This document shows, piece by piece, positions 19,101 to 29,579 of a stretch of DNA of 64,000 nucleotides (its first letter is position 1; each line of letters starts with the position of its first letter). This DNA comes from Candidatus Obscuribacteraceae bacterium (GTDB lineage: Bacteria > Cyanobacteriota > Vampirovibrionia > Obscuribacterales > Obscuribacteraceae). The position numbers were made by a program, and so were the translations under genes. The notes beneath the pieces were generated by a model. The model was not told the origin of the DNA, made no database searches, and saw only the letters and a list, made by a program, of their open reading frames with translations. The DNA lies in assembly GCA_044226015.1 (NCBI GenBank), contig JBGAHS010000013.1, forward strand, positions 1 through 64,000, read 5' to 3'.

Positions 19101-19668
19101 GCCAAAAGATATAAATTCGTTAGCTGAAGCTGTCCAAGGTGGCGGCAATGCTGTCATTTACCTCAATGGAAAGACATTAGCCACTGGATCATTGCCTGCT
19201 CCGAACACTCTTTCGTTAACGAGTGGAACTGTTGCGTATTCTTCCGTTGATTTGTATGAGTCAGAGATATTGCTCTACTCAAAAACGCTTACCGATCAAG
19301 AAAGGCAAATTCTTGAAGCGTACTTGCTCCATCGATACAAAATTAATCCAGACAATCACCTTAACTTCAGCATTGCTAGTGGTAGTACGCTATCCGCTCC
19401 ATCACAAGTAGCGCTTTCGTTTCCACCTGGCGCAACAGTGCGGTTCACCAACGATGGAAGCTCACCGACCACTTCGTCACAGTTGTATACCGGACCAATT
19501 CTGATTTTTTACAGTCAAACGATCAAGGCCTCCATTTTTGTTAATGGCGTGAGCGTTCAGGACGCAACCGCTTCTTACACATTAGATCCTGCCGCATGGC
19601 CAGCTCCAAATTCAAGTGATGCGGTGGCACCAAGGATCAATATTCAAACACCAACTCCAGCACAATAG
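16129..19668 (+). CDS. large secreted protein with LamG-like and chitobiase/FN3-associated domains
   Basis: Signal peptide; three W(L/F)RA(D/S)xG..W.D.S...EI..Y...L...ER..E.YL LamG-like units; YTTDGTDP/FTNDGSSP..YxGP units; AAGGAGG RBS before 16129. Confidence 0.8.
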   Translation: MFFALSKVTRWIQAHKRVPVYAFCRVIKILLLLLMVSINSPAEAQIATFTGTAIGSGSSGTYSYSSPNYSVSGAGTGVSGTADSCFFANTDTSGNIEIIAKINSISAANLNPHAAAGLMVRAGTAASDSTAFISVSPGDGIRFSIRKASQAQALTTLGPGLGTPVFLRLVVSGTSVAGYQSSDGSNWKLVGQDTLLLQKNFKCGFCVASGSTQQCTAVFGPLELLSSVPQRDASMVTWLRADAGVITSGSNVLKWIDQSGNGQNATAPATSSNQPTFTSASGSTPPALTFNSANQQYLTFGSGFKDFTQGASIFIVTKPATTATDQRILDLNPAGTGQTIRCYESSATQFRFRVSDSAGTATDANATLAANTVQVFECIHDGTAVATAYTNGVAGTPNTAMKAIGNVLRTDNSIAKQKGAVSTNCYSGTISEIIVYSRILSPSERLGVESYLFSKFGIGGTPQLVAPTITPPNSVAAKEQLITITHPAGAIIKYQINGGTVTTYAGPFTVNSNSIITATASLPGFGTSPTATAQVQIESASTAVIRNGLQLWLRASNGVTPTPTSTAAAVTAWQDLSGNQNNPTPSATAPTTLIDSNGVPQVRFNGTNSFSLPATAAFTSGCSIFVVANPSTIATNKTLIEYGNTSFVGIFRLFEGSASTVTFSSYDSGGNVGSISTGLAANTPQLIDLTFNGTDTGSLFVNSTGATNTAMKVMPSITRSSNSIGRSLIAGAGSTYFYQGDIAEMLVYNTNLTSDQRDAIERYLVSRYSIRVNTPIITPSGGTFTDFRKTVSIVSDPGSTTYYTTDGTDPVVGSSPVYSGPFTISSSTTVKALSRQSFGGGTNSSIAVADIFLDPMAINLPTSNLWGWFRADIGVERSGSNRVSAWRDITKTNDATNTDLSTQPTFIPALPAIESVGQWLNKPNTTTAFANGFSFLHVFRNPGSLDQNFNSFGNITNGVAFTANTNGSSLRIDVRKAGVSNVLAVPTTYGLPKDINSLAEAVQGGGNAVIYLNGKTLATGSLPAPNTLSLTSGTVAYSSVDLYESEILLYSKTLTDQERQILEAYLLHRYKINPDNHLNFSIASGSTLSAPSQVALSFPPGATVRFTNDGSSPTTSSQLYTGPILIFYSQTIKASIFVNGVSVQDATASYTLDPAAWPAPNSSDAVAPRINIQTPTPAQ

Positions 19669-19680
19669 TAGGTTCACATC

Positions 19681-22600
19681 ATGAACGCTTTAGAAACATT
19701 ATCGAAAAAAGTTATGGCAGTAGCAACCAGCGTCATTACTGTGCTGAGCAGCTCTTCGCTGAGTTCCTTTGCTCTAGATGTTGATACGGTGGCTGCACCA
19801 CATACAGTGCAAGCGCAAGCATCACTTAAGAGGAGCCCGCGAAAAAAAGCAGCCGACATGAAGCTCGTCATGAAAAAATCGCATTTGTCGACCGCGCCGG
19901 ACGACCTAGAGATCCGCCGGTTCAGAGGTTTGCCCGAGCCAGTAATTCCTATAGTTGAAATGAAAGCCGTCCAGGGAGAAAATGCCGGACTTGCAAGGGC
20001 ATTGAATCAATTTCAAATTAGAGCCGATCAACAGGACCTGTCAGCGCTTGAATCTTTTCTAAAGCAGTTTCCCAACTCCAGGTGGTCACCCTCCATAGCC
20101 TTAAATTTGGGGCTACTAGAGAGCCAGGAAGGTCTTTTGAGCAAAGCGCTCGAGCACTGGAAATTAGCATGGGAAAATTCCAAAAACACCAACGACCTCT
20201 CCTCTATTTCAGTGGCTGAACATGCGGTGTCCGAGCTCGCTGTTTTAGAAGCCAGGTTGGGCCGCCAGGAAGAGCTTGATATTCTGCTCAAAGGCTTGGG
20301 AACACGAACGCTGCATGGTTCCTCGCAGACTAGGCTCAATGAAGCAAGAAATGGTTTGATCGCTCAGAAGCGGTCTCCCGGCAATTCTTTTAAGTGTGGT
20401 CCATTTGCCTTAAATGCCCTTCTTAATGTCGGAAAAGCCGCAAAAGGATACCATCCGATATTGAAAGCCGCTAAGTCAACCAGCAAAGGAACTAATCTGA
20501 ATCAGGTTTTTGAACTCTCTAAACAAGTGGGCTTAAATCTTCAGTTGGCAAAGCGCGAACCCGGCGCAGAGCTCCTTGTGCCATCACTAATTCATTGGAG
20601 ACTGAACCATTTCGGGGCGCTGACGCAACGCCATGGTCAGAATTACAAATTAGAAGATGCCACCTTTGATCAGTCTGGGAAGTCTTGGGTTACTGCATCT
20701 GTAATTGACTCCGAAAGCGATGGTTATTTTCTTGTACCAGCGGGACCACTTCCGGCCGGCTGGAGATCAGTTGACGCTGCTGAGGCGGAGAAGGTCTGGG
20801 GAAGAGGGCGTGCGCACGGGCGGGGTCCAAAGTGCCCTGGCGCTCCAAAAAACGGCAAGGGAAAGCCTGACGGCAGCCCACCGAGTTGTGGGATGGCGGA
20901 GCCGTCGACATGGACAATGCAAGCTGAACTGAACATACAGGATACGCCGATCAGTTGGAACACGCCATTTGGCAGCCTCGATTTTCTAGTTAACTACAAC
21001 CAAAATGAATCTGATCAGCCTACGTTTACCTTCACGAATCTTAGCGATTGGTGGAGTCTAAATTGGGTCTCGTGGCTGACCATTGACACTTCTAAAAACG
21101 CCACTGTGCACGTATCGGGTGGTGGCATTGAGACTTATGAGTATCAAGTTCCGGACAATGTGAACAATCCATATCCACGTGCGCCTCTATCACATGCCAA
21201 TTTGACAATTACAGACACCGGCGTCTATCAAAGGGAATTGCCTGATGGCAGCATTGAAGTTTTCGGGCTTAGCGATGGTGTCAATTATTTCATGACTGCT
21301 GTCATAGACCCACAGGGCAACATTAACTCCATTAATTGGGATACAGCCAACTTCAGGATTCTTTCGATAATAGATCCTACCGGCGCGCCGATCACATTCA
21401 ACTATGTTTCAAATACCGTCTCAAACTCAGGCTATTACAAGCTTGCTAGCATTGTTGATCCGGTAGGACGTTCAGCAACATTCTCATACGATTCAACAAA
21501 CACGTATCTGCTATCCATTACCGATCCTATCGGTATCGCGTCAAAATTTTCTTACGTGAGTGGCTCTTTCATTACAACGCTAACAACGCCGTATGGCGCG
21601 ACGTCGTTCTACAGCTATGTTCCCGACGGTGGCTTGGACTATCCTCCACAAGGGCTACGCATTGTGTATCCAGATAGCACGATGAACGTGACTGAAAATT
21701 GGATCGATGAAACTAAAACCACGTACTTCTGGGACAGGCAAGGCATGTCGCTTTATCCAAATGATGCGGCTGACCACATATACACGCATTCCCATAACAC
21801 CAAATTCTTGTTTGATGCTGCGACAGGAAACGAATCTCCAATTGTTAACTATCAAAGAGATCCTTTGGAGGGACCGGTCTATTATTTGACTGAGGGTGAA
21901 CAATCCAGGGACGTAGCTGGAACCAGTGACTTGCCTCTAAGTATCTTTCGCTCGCTCACCGGCAATCCCAATCAACTTGTTGCTTTGACTGGTGTCGCTA
22001 AACCGTCAGACGTCGTGACTCTTAGATTCGGCGATCCCGGACTCACTGGTGATGTCGCAATTGTCGCTACTTATACGGTTCTCCCTTCAGATTCTCTTGC
22101 GACCATTGCGCAGAATCTCGCTAACGCTGTTAACGCCAATACGGTGTTGCCTTCACTGGGTATTCTTGCACAAGCAAATGGCAATAGTTTGAACATTAGC
22201 TCACTGTCTGCTGACAAAACCGATGTCACTGTTGATGTTGTTACAACTCCGACTGAAACCCTGACCCTTAGTTCTTCCGGTCAATTAGAAACCATAAGCG
22301 TCGGAGGGACTGCCACTAACAATGACACAATCAAAATCACCATCACAAGCGACCTGTTCAGCTCAGGAAGCTTGGTTGTTGAAACTGCTCCCATTAGCAG
22401 TGGTGAGGCGTTATCATCGATAGCCGCTAAAATTGTAACGGCCCTGACCGGTAGTAGCGATTTTATAAGTAAGGGATTTACCGCAATCAACAATGAGAAT
22501 GTGGTCAGTGTGCTTTCTCCGGAATTTGGCACCGCTTATCAGGGCAAGGTCGAGACAAGTGGCGTAATAGCAACCATTGATTTTAATGGCACTGTTGCAA

Positions 22601-25600
22601 CCGTTGAACCATTAGCAGCCTCACCTGGCATTACCATCACGGATGCAGCATTGCCCACGGGCTCCCAAACCGTGAATGCTGGCCCGCACAGTGGAGATCC
22701 GCTTTCATCGATCGCACTTGAGCTTGCCGCAAAAATTTCAAGCAATTCTGATTTGAAAACAGCAGGAATTTCTGCTTTTCCGGTCGGTGAATCATTGGTT
22801 ATTCAATCGCTTTCTGCAAATCATACGACCTTTGCGCCCTCTGCTGGTAGCACAGGAATGATCACGTTTGCAACGGACAAAAATATCCTGGAAAAAAGTA
22901 ATTACGAATTTAACGCGCTAGGAAAAGTCACAAAATCAGTTGACCCGCTGGGAAGGACTTTTGAGTCTTTTTACAGCGCCAATGGCATTGATTTATTAGA
23001 ACAAAGAGAGACCAAAAACGGTGACAATCTTTTGCTCGGCAAATGGACTTATAACGACCAACATGAGCCGGTCACTTTGATGAATGGAGCAGGACAACAG
23101 TCCTTCATCTCTTACAACACGGACGGACAAGTAGCTTCTGCTACAGACGCCATGGGCAATCAAACTAAAATTGCATATAACACAGTTACACCTGTTGTTT
23201 TTGGAGGAACAGGACAGACCAGCAAAGCGCTTTCGTTGACCATTAGTGGGACAACTCTTAATTACACAACGACGACCACGAATTTGGCAGATTATGCAAA
23301 TGCTTTCAACAGTTTGATAAATGGCGCTAGCATACCCGGAGTTAGTTCATTTGTGACAGGACAAACTCTGCGTGTGAAAGGTCTCTCGGATACTGTGATC
23401 AGCAGCACAACTGGTGGGTCAACAATCACAATAACTCCTGCCACCCCGATCAATTCATACGTCGAATCTATAAACGGACCACTTGCTGGTTCCCAGGACA
23501 CAACGAAATTCTCATGGAATCTTGAAGGCACACTTAAATCTCTTACAAATTCGCAGGGCTATATAGAGACCTTCCTCTACGACAATTTCAACAGACTTTT
23601 ACAAGCAACTTTTCCTGATGGTACTACAGAAAAAACTAGCTATTTAAACCTGGACCCGATCTTCTTTATCGATCGGCTCGGGCGGACCAGCTCATACATA
23701 TTTGATTCCATGGATCAGCTCGTCAGCCAAACTGATCCCGAGGGCAGAACAACCAAGTATAAATGGTGCGGATGCGGCTCAATAGCCAGCCTCACAGATG
23801 CAAACGGTCAGGTCACTACGTGGAATCATGATCTTGAAGGGCGAGTTTTTGAAAAAATCTACAACGATCCGGATTCAAAAGTAGAATACAGCTTCTTTCC
23901 ACTACTAAATCTGCTGTATGCAAAAACAGATGCTGAAAATCAGTCAAAATATCTCAATTTCAATTTGGACAACAGTCTCGCTGGAATCGACTATGAAGGC
24001 GAGCACAATGATACAAGTTCGGTGTCCTTTCAATACGACGATAAATTCATGCGGCTCATTTCAGCAAAAAATGGCACTGGAAAGATCGCATATGATTTCA
24101 ATGATTTTATAAGCGATCCAACCGAAAGTACTTTCACAAATAGAACTATTTGGTTGCAGGGACGTCCAACATTTGACAGCACCTCTAGTCTGACAGATGT
24201 GGTAAACGTCAAAATCAGCAATGCAGCAATTTCAGGTGGTTCGCGCACGCTCCAATACTTGGTGGGCTCTACTGACAAATCGCTGCTTGACCTTGCCGCA
24301 CACGTGAAGGATCTCATCAATGCTGATTCAGTACTATCAGCTGCCGGTATTCTAGCAACTGCAAATGGTGGATCCGTCCAAGTAGACGGAATAGGTGTCG
24401 AAACAATCGGCGGGACTCTTCGCCAAGATGACACTGTTTCGATAAAGGTGAGTAACAAGAGTATTTCCGGCGGTTCTCAAATATTCACGCATAGTGTGGA
24501 TGCTGCCCATGACACCAAGAATAGTATTGCCACAGTCTTGGCTTCTGATATCACTACAGTGCTTGGTTCTTTGGGTATTACGGCCGTGGCGCAGAACGCT
24601 AATATTGTTTTGCATTCAACCAGTCCTTTCAATACTTCATTTTCGGAATTCACTAGCAATTCTGCTCTTATCACCATAAGTTTTTCAGGCAGCATGCAGT
24701 CTTATTCGAAGGGTAAATGGACCGAAATTATTACTCCAGGCTCGGCTGTTAGTGGTTTTGGTGCAACCGTCACTGTTACTGATCCAGCCATATCCGGTGG
24801 CTCTCAGACGTTTAATTCAACCTTGAGTTCTTACCCGGCAATCATAGCGAATTTGGCAAGTCAGATTAACACCGCACTGAATGCATCTGGTATCACTGCC
24901 ACAACTGATTCAAATTTGCGACTGTTCATAAGTTCACATACGCTCAACCCGACAAATTATACGCAATCGGTGACCGGTACTGGAGGAACAATTCCAACAA
25001 AAATTGAGGGATTCGAAGGAGCCACAGAACAGGTCAGTCTTTCAGGAAATTTCGTGGGTGCTGGTCGTCTGTCCACAATCACCAATGACTTCATTGCAAA
25101 TTCGCAACAGCGATTCGAATACGATCCGCAAGGAAGAACAGTAAAAAGGTCGATAAATGGTACTGCCAACGAAGTTTATAACTTCTATGATCCGACTGAC
25201 AGATCTACCGGAACAAAAAACAATCTCGGAACTTTCGCATACTCTTATGTGGATGACGATCCTCTTTCAGGATCGAAAGGAGACTCCCGGCTGGCGTCGA
25301 CGCTCTATCCCAATGGTCAAATTACAAAATTTGGTTACCTCACCACGACCTTTGATGAACGATTACAGCACATTCAAAATTTTGATAGTACAGGTAGCTC
25401 GCTTCTCTCACAATTCGATTATGACTACGATTCGGCTGGACAGATAACAAGCTGGAATCAGCTACAGGCAAAAAGCCACATAAATTCGAGGTTCGAATAT
25501 GACAAAGCTGGACAACTAATAGGTGCTCAGGGGGGAACTGGTGGCAGTGTTCAACCATTTGTAACTCAATCCCACTATACCTATGACCCTGCTGCAAACC

Positions 25601-28332
25601 GTGTCTCGACCCAAACTAGTAGGGATCAATTTGGTAATCTAACCGGAACATTGACTGTAGGAGACGTGATTACAGTCACGGTAAATGACCCTGCCCTTTC
25701 TGGAGGCACCAGGACTATTGCTGGTTATCCTGTTGTTTCCGGTGACACCTTGTCGAAGGTAGCAGCAAATATCGCCGCTCTGGTTAGCTCTGACAGTGCA
25801 CTGCAAGGTGTGGGAATATCTGCGGTTCCGCAAGGGAACTCGTTCATGTTGAAATCAACAACGGGTAACATGACCACTTACACTGCCACTATTACTGGTG
25901 TCCAACAGGAAAAGCTCGAGTTTGGTTTGAACAGCAGCACTTATAATATTGCGCTCTCTGGAACCATCGTTCCTTCCAGTACCATCAGCATCAACGTTTA
26001 TGATGCAGCTCTCGGATCTAATCCAACTACAGTTACTCGCAATGTTCCTGGTACAGGAGAAACGATCAACAGCGCTGCTACTGCTTTGGCTTCAAGTCTT
26101 CAAACGGCTCTTTCTAGTCTTGGGGCAGTAGCAACTGTAACTCCTTCAAGCATTAGTTCTGTCGGTGTAATAACGTTGCAGCTGGTCTCGCCAAACGTGA
26201 CCTCATTCACGGTGAGTGTTCCATCAGGAACTATGCTTTCTATTGCACCAAGCGTAAATGGAACCACGCTCGGTCTCATAACTGGCACAACAACAGTGGG
26301 CGACAAGGTAAAGCTGACCGTTGAAGATAAGGGGCTCGTTGCATTGGGAGGCAAGAAGACCGTTTCTTACACTGTAGCCTCGGGCAACACAACCACGGAT
26401 ATTGCCACTGGATTGGTTGCTGCCGTTAACGCGGACAGCGATCTAGCTAGCCTTGGAGTAACCGCTGTCGCATCCACAAATGGCAGATTTAGCTTGAGTT
26501 CATCCTCGCCCACAGCGACAATATTCCGTGGCTTTGCGACAAACTCTGCGGGTACTTTACCTGCCAATACTGAAGGAATTCTCCTTGGACTTCCGACCAA
26601 CGGCACCATCCCTGTTGTCGTCGGAGGTACCCCATCCGCAAACGATACCGTCAGCATAACCGTTTATGACTCAGCAATCAGCGGAGGATCTCAGACTTTC
26701 ACTCAAAATGTAGGCTCATTAACAATTAATGGAATTGCCACAAACTTGGCTTCTTCGATTTCCTCAGCGCTTAGTGCCTCAGGTATTTCAGCTTCAGTTC
26801 CGAATACGGCAACTGGTGTTGTGAATATAACATCTACATCGCCGAACCTCACTACTTACACAGGTTCAATTGGTGGAACAGGTGCGCACTCTGAAACCAT
26901 AGCCATAAGTCCGACTGTTGGTCTATCCCAGTTTGGATATGGTACTAACGGTATGAATGAGCTGCAGAGTATCGCCAGTGGTGGCACTGCATACATAAAG
27001 GGCACCACTGATAGACCTGTGAAACCCGTGACGTTAAATAGCAGTCCTGCGATTGCTGCAAGAATGATCCACTCCAAGAGTTTTGTGGGGCAGCCTTCGA
27101 TGACGGCCGGTGCAAATACTGAAACTGTGAATGCAACGAATGGAGCAAACACCACCACATCGACAAGCTATCAGCTCAACGTGCAGGGTCCAAGCTCAGC
27201 GACTCTGACCTATGATAATAATGGCAACATGACGAGCGATGGCACCAACACGTACTCCTGGGATGCGGAAGATAGATTGATTCAAATTACATATCCAGGA
27301 TCTGGCAATAGTACTCAATTTTCGTATGATGCGCTTGGAAGGCGAACGACAATTGAAGAATACTTCGCAAGTAGTAAGACCTCAAGTAAAGCGCACATCT
27401 GGCGTGAGAACATCAGAATGGAGGAAAGGGACGCCATTGGTACACTTTTAAAACAATTTTTTGCTTTAGGACAAATCAATGTAGGTTCCCCAACCGTGAG
27501 CTATTTCTATGCGAAAGATCATCAAGCCTCGGTCCGAGAAATGACCAAGCTAGTCAGTGGTGTTACAACTTCAGAATCGGAATACAGTTATGATCCTTTT
27601 GGGCAAATTATAAAATTGGCTGGCACGACAGATTCCGAGTTTAGCTATGCTGGTTATTATTTACATCCAAGGTCCAATCTTAATTTGACCTATTCTCGCG
27701 CTTATTCAAGCCGCACTGGACGATTTATTAACAGGGACCCAATTGATGAAAACGGTGGAATTAACCTCTATCAGTATGTTGAAAATAGTCCCATTGTGTC
27801 TATCGACCCTTCTGGATATCTAGCCATAACAGCTGTTCCTGGTGGCTTTCGTGGCACTTTCCTTGGAAATAAATTAATTCCCTTTGGTCAGGGTCACGAC
27901 AACACCAAGTCACCAGCCAGTCCTAGGCACTGTAATAACGGTGATGGTGATGGAAATGATCCCGATCCTGGTGAGGGTGATGGTGATGGTGATGGCGGTG
28001 GTGGCGGCGGCGGCGGTGGCGGCGGTGGCGGCGGCGGCAATCCTGATAGACCATGGTGGGAAAAATTATTTGAGGATTCTAGGCGAGATCCGCGCCCCAA
28101 GTTGAAAAAACTGGACGATCCCATGGCGGGTCAAAGGCGTCCAAGAAGTAGAACAAAACCAGGTACGCTTGGCGAGGCCTCTGAGGGGATGACGGACAAG
28201 GATAACAAGCAATATGGAAAGATCCCCAAAGAAAGGAGAGGTAAGCGGTGGACATATAGAGATTTTCAGAATGCAAGCAATGAAGTTGCTAAGGAAATAC
28301 GACGTAAGAATCAAGGGTTGGACGACGATTGA
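19681..28332 (+). CDS. giant Rhs/YD-repeat protein with N-terminal C39-like peptidase domain and variable C-terminal tip
   Basis: CGPFAL...HWRLNHF (C39-like C/H); many YD repeats; Rhs core RAYSSRTGRFINRDPI...NLYQYVENSP..IDPSG. Confidence 0.9.
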   Translation: MNALETLSKKVMAVATSVITVLSSSSLSSFALDVDTVAAPHTVQAQASLKRSPRKKAADMKLVMKKSHLSTAPDDLEIRRFRGLPEPVIPIVEMKAVQGENAGLARALNQFQIRADQQDLSALESFLKQFPNSRWSPSIALNLGLLESQEGLLSKALEHWKLAWENSKNTNDLSSISVAEHAVSELAVLEARLGRQEELDILLKGLGTRTLHGSSQTRLNEARNGLIAQKRSPGNSFKCGPFALNALLNVGKAAKGYHPILKAAKSTSKGTNLNQVFELSKQVGLNLQLAKREPGAELLVPSLIHWRLNHFGALTQRHGQNYKLEDATFDQSGKSWVTASVIDSESDGYFLVPAGPLPAGWRSVDAAEAEKVWGRGRAHGRGPKCPGAPKNGKGKPDGSPPSCGMAEPSTWTMQAELNIQDTPISWNTPFGSLDFLVNYNQNESDQPTFTFTNLSDWWSLNWVSWLTIDTSKNATVHVSGGGIETYEYQVPDNVNNPYPRAPLSHANLTITDTGVYQRELPDGSIEVFGLSDGVNYFMTAVIDPQGNINSINWDTANFRILSIIDPTGAPITFNYVSNTVSNSGYYKLASIVDPVGRSATFSYDSTNTYLLSITDPIGIASKFSYVSGSFITTLTTPYGATSFYSYVPDGGLDYPPQGLRIVYPDSTMNVTENWIDETKTTYFWDRQGMSLYPNDAADHIYTHSHNTKFLFDAATGNESPIVNYQRDPLEGPVYYLTEGEQSRDVAGTSDLPLSIFRSLTGNPNQLVALTGVAKPSDVVTLRFGDPGLTGDVAIVATYTVLPSDSLATIAQNLANAVNANTVLPSLGILAQANGNSLNISSLSADKTDVTVDVVTTPTETLTLSSSGQLETISVGGTATNNDTIKITITSDLFSSGSLVVETAPISSGEALSSIAAKIVTALTGSSDFISKGFTAINNENVVSVLSPEFGTAYQGKVETSGVIATIDFNGTVATVEPLAASPGITITDAALPTGSQTVNAGPHSGDPLSSIALELAAKISSNSDLKTAGISAFPVGESLVIQSLSANHTTFAPSAGSTGMITFATDKNILEKSNYEFNALGKVTKSVDPLGRTFESFYSANGIDLLEQRETKNGDNLLLGKWTYNDQHEPVTLMNGAGQQSFISYNTDGQVASATDAMGNQTKIAYNTVTPVVFGGTGQTSKALSLTISGTTLNYTTTTTNLADYANAFNSLINGASIPGVSSFVTGQTLRVKGLSDTVISSTTGGSTITITPATPINSYVESINGPLAGSQDTTKFSWNLEGTLKSLTNSQGYIETFLYDNFNRLLQATFPDGTTEKTSYLNLDPIFFIDRLGRTSSYIFDSMDQLVSQTDPEGRTTKYKWCGCGSIASLTDANGQVTTWNHDLEGRVFEKIYNDPDSKVEYSFFPLLNLLYAKTDAENQSKYLNFNLDNSLAGIDYEGEHNDTSSVSFQYDDKFMRLISAKNGTGKIAYDFNDFISDPTESTFTNRTIWLQGRPTFDSTSSLTDVVNVKISNAAISGGSRTLQYLVGSTDKSLLDLAAHVKDLINADSVLSAAGILATANGGSVQVDGIGVETIGGTLRQDDTVSIKVSNKSISGGSQIFTHSVDAAHDTKNSIATVLASDITTVLGSLGITAVAQNANIVLHSTSPFNTSFSEFTSNSALITISFSGSMQSYSKGKWTEIITPGSAVSGFGATVTVTDPAISGGSQTFNSTLSSYPAIIANLASQINTALNASGITATTDSNLRLFISSHTLNPTNYTQSVTGTGGTIPTKIEGFEGATEQVSLSGNFVGAGRLSTITNDFIANSQQRFEYDPQGRTVKRSINGTANEVYNFYDPTDRSTGTKNNLGTFAYSYVDDDPLSGSKGDSRLASTLYPNGQITKFGYLTTTFDERLQHIQNFDSTGSSLLSQFDYDYDSAGQITSWNQLQAKSHINSRFEYDKAGQLIGAQGGTGGSVQPFVTQSHYTYDPAANRVSTQTSRDQFGNLTGTLTVGDVITVTVNDPALSGGTRTIAGYPVVSGDTLSKVAANIAALVSSDSALQGVGISAVPQGNSFMLKSTTGNMTTYTATITGVQQEKLEFGLNSSTYNIALSGTIVPSSTISINVYDAALGSNPTTVTRNVPGTGETINSAATALASSLQTALSSLGAVATVTPSSISSVGVITLQLVSPNVTSFTVSVPSGTMLSIAPSVNGTTLGLITGTTTVGDKVKLTVEDKGLVALGGKKTVSYTVASGNTTTDIATGLVAAVNADSDLASLGVTAVASTNGRFSLSSSSPTATIFRGFATNSAGTLPANTEGILLGLPTNGTIPVVVGGTPSANDTVSITVYDSAISGGSQTFTQNVGSLTINGIATNLASSISSALSASGISASVPNTATGVVNITSTSPNLTTYTGSIGGTGAHSETIAISPTVGLSQFGYGTNGMNELQSIASGGTAYIKGTTDRPVKPVTLNSSPAIAARMIHSKSFVGQPSMTAGANTETVNATNGANTTTSTSYQLNVQGPSSATLTYDNNGNMTSDGTNTYSWDAEDRLIQITYPGSGNSTQFSYDALGRRTTIEEYFASSKTSSKAHIWRENIRMEERDAIGTLLKQFFALGQINVGSPTVSYFYAKDHQASVREMTKLVSGVTTSESEYSYDPFGQIIKLAGTTDSEFSYAGYYLHPRSNLNLTYSRAYSSRTGRFINRDPIDENGGINLYQYVENSPIVSIDPSGYLAITAVPGGFRGTFLGNKLIPFGQGHDNTKSPASPRHCNNGDGDGNDPDPGEGDGDGDGGGGGGGGGGGGGGGNPDRPWWEKLFEDSRRDPRPKLKKLDDPMAGQRRPRSRTKPGTLGEASEGMTDKDNKQYGKIPKERRGKRWTYRDFQNASNEVAKEIRRKNQGLDDD
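27994..28038 (+). repeat. GGY trinucleotide run encoding poly-Gly linker in the Rhs tip
   Basis: About 15 consecutive GGC/GGT codons preceded by GGTGAT repeats. Confidence 0.9.
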
Positions 28333-28576
28333 TTCTCCTGCGGTGCGAGCGAAGCGTGTGTAGGAAAGAACTTTACAAGGGCGGCACCATGAGAAATTGA
28401 GAAAACAAGCAAAAGAGGAGGAAAAACTCCTTTGCATAGTTTGAAGTCTTCTATAATTGAAGCTGAAGCCAAAATAGTTGGACAAAGCAGTCGTAGCAAT
28501 TTCTCCTTGCCGTGTCGACTGTCTTCGAAAATGAGGTAGAGATAGCCGTTGGCGATGGGGGGGTCAAAAGAATTCT

Positions 28577-29284
28577 ATGGATGAGTATCTGGAATTGATC
28601 GCTATGAGCGAAATTGAGATCATTCGATCAGAGTTTTTGCGGTCAGGATACTACTACTTAATGGTTCATGCACCGATATTCGGACTCGACAAGGACCACC
28701 CAGAGGTTTGTACAACATACGTTGTACTAAAAGACAGCGAAGATCGAATTGTATTACGCGCGTATGGGTATGGGGCTTCCGAATTTCAATCCCTGGTCTA
28801 TTCGTTTTCTTCTATGCATCTGAAGTTCTTAAAGAAGTTTGATTTCTCCGATCAGGTGAGGCTGCATGGACTCAAACAAACTATGAATCTTAGAACCGCT
28901 ATCCAAGAATTGCTCTGCCTAAATTACGAGATAGTCGTTCAAGAAGGAACAAAGCTGGGCAGGCGAATCGGTGTTGAAAAAATTGGCGCCTTTCAACATC
29001 TTGCTACCAAATCCGAGATTGACTTGAGTATTGCCATCCACAAACCGAGAAGAGTAAGAAAGCAATGGCACTGTGCTTATCAAATTAATAACGAAGTTCT
29101 TGTTGTGAAATCTTATGATTCATTGAGAGCTTTGACAGCCGCGTTACGCAGTCTTGAGCTTTGTTTCCGTAAAGAGTTTGATGACACATGGCAATTTGTC
29201 TATAAAGACACAAATGAAGAAATGGTGATTAGCTCTTTTGAAAAAATCCTTTCCACTTTTTTTGGTGTCCATTCGGAAACTTGA
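28577..29284 (+). CDS. putative Rhs immunity protein (two similar halves)
   Basis: Downstream of the Rhs tip; halves show similar I/V-H-x-P...C-x-Y...Y-x-S patterns. Confidence 0.5.
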   Translation: MDEYLELIAMSEIEIIRSEFLRSGYYYLMVHAPIFGLDKDHPEVCTTYVVLKDSEDRIVLRAYGYGASEFQSLVYSFSSMHLKFLKKFDFSDQVRLHGLKQTMNLRTAIQELLCLNYEIVVQEGTKLGRRIGVEKIGAFQHLATKSEIDLSIAIHKPRRVRKQWHCAYQINNEVLVVKSYDSLRALTAALRSLELCFRKEFDDTWQFVYKDTNEEMVISSFEKILSTFFGVHSET

Positions 29285-29453
29285 TTACTTATTTTGGTTG
29301 TCTTTTCTGCTGAATCCGCTATGCCAGAAAATGAGTAATGAGTATATAAGTATTTGTACAACCTCCACACGTTTTGCTCTGAGTATGGTGTAAAACATCA
29401 GTTTCGGCAAAGTTGAAAGCGCAACCGTTAGTCGAGCAAAAACTAAAATCTCA

Positions 29454-29487
29454 GATAGTGAACAAAACAGGTGTTTTGTTCACTATC
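29454..29487. promoter_or_regulatory. loxP-like 34-bp recombination core site
   Basis: GATAGTGAACAAA-ACAGGTGT-TTTGTTCACTATC (13+8+13), just upstream of the tyrosine recombinase. Confidence 0.7.
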
Positions 29488-29579
29488 CGATCCTACTCCA
29501 GTCAGCCTTCTCAGGCGCAGCCTCAACTTGTAAGCCCATTTTGTGAATAAAACCTCTCGTTTTGAGGTATTTTGTTCAC

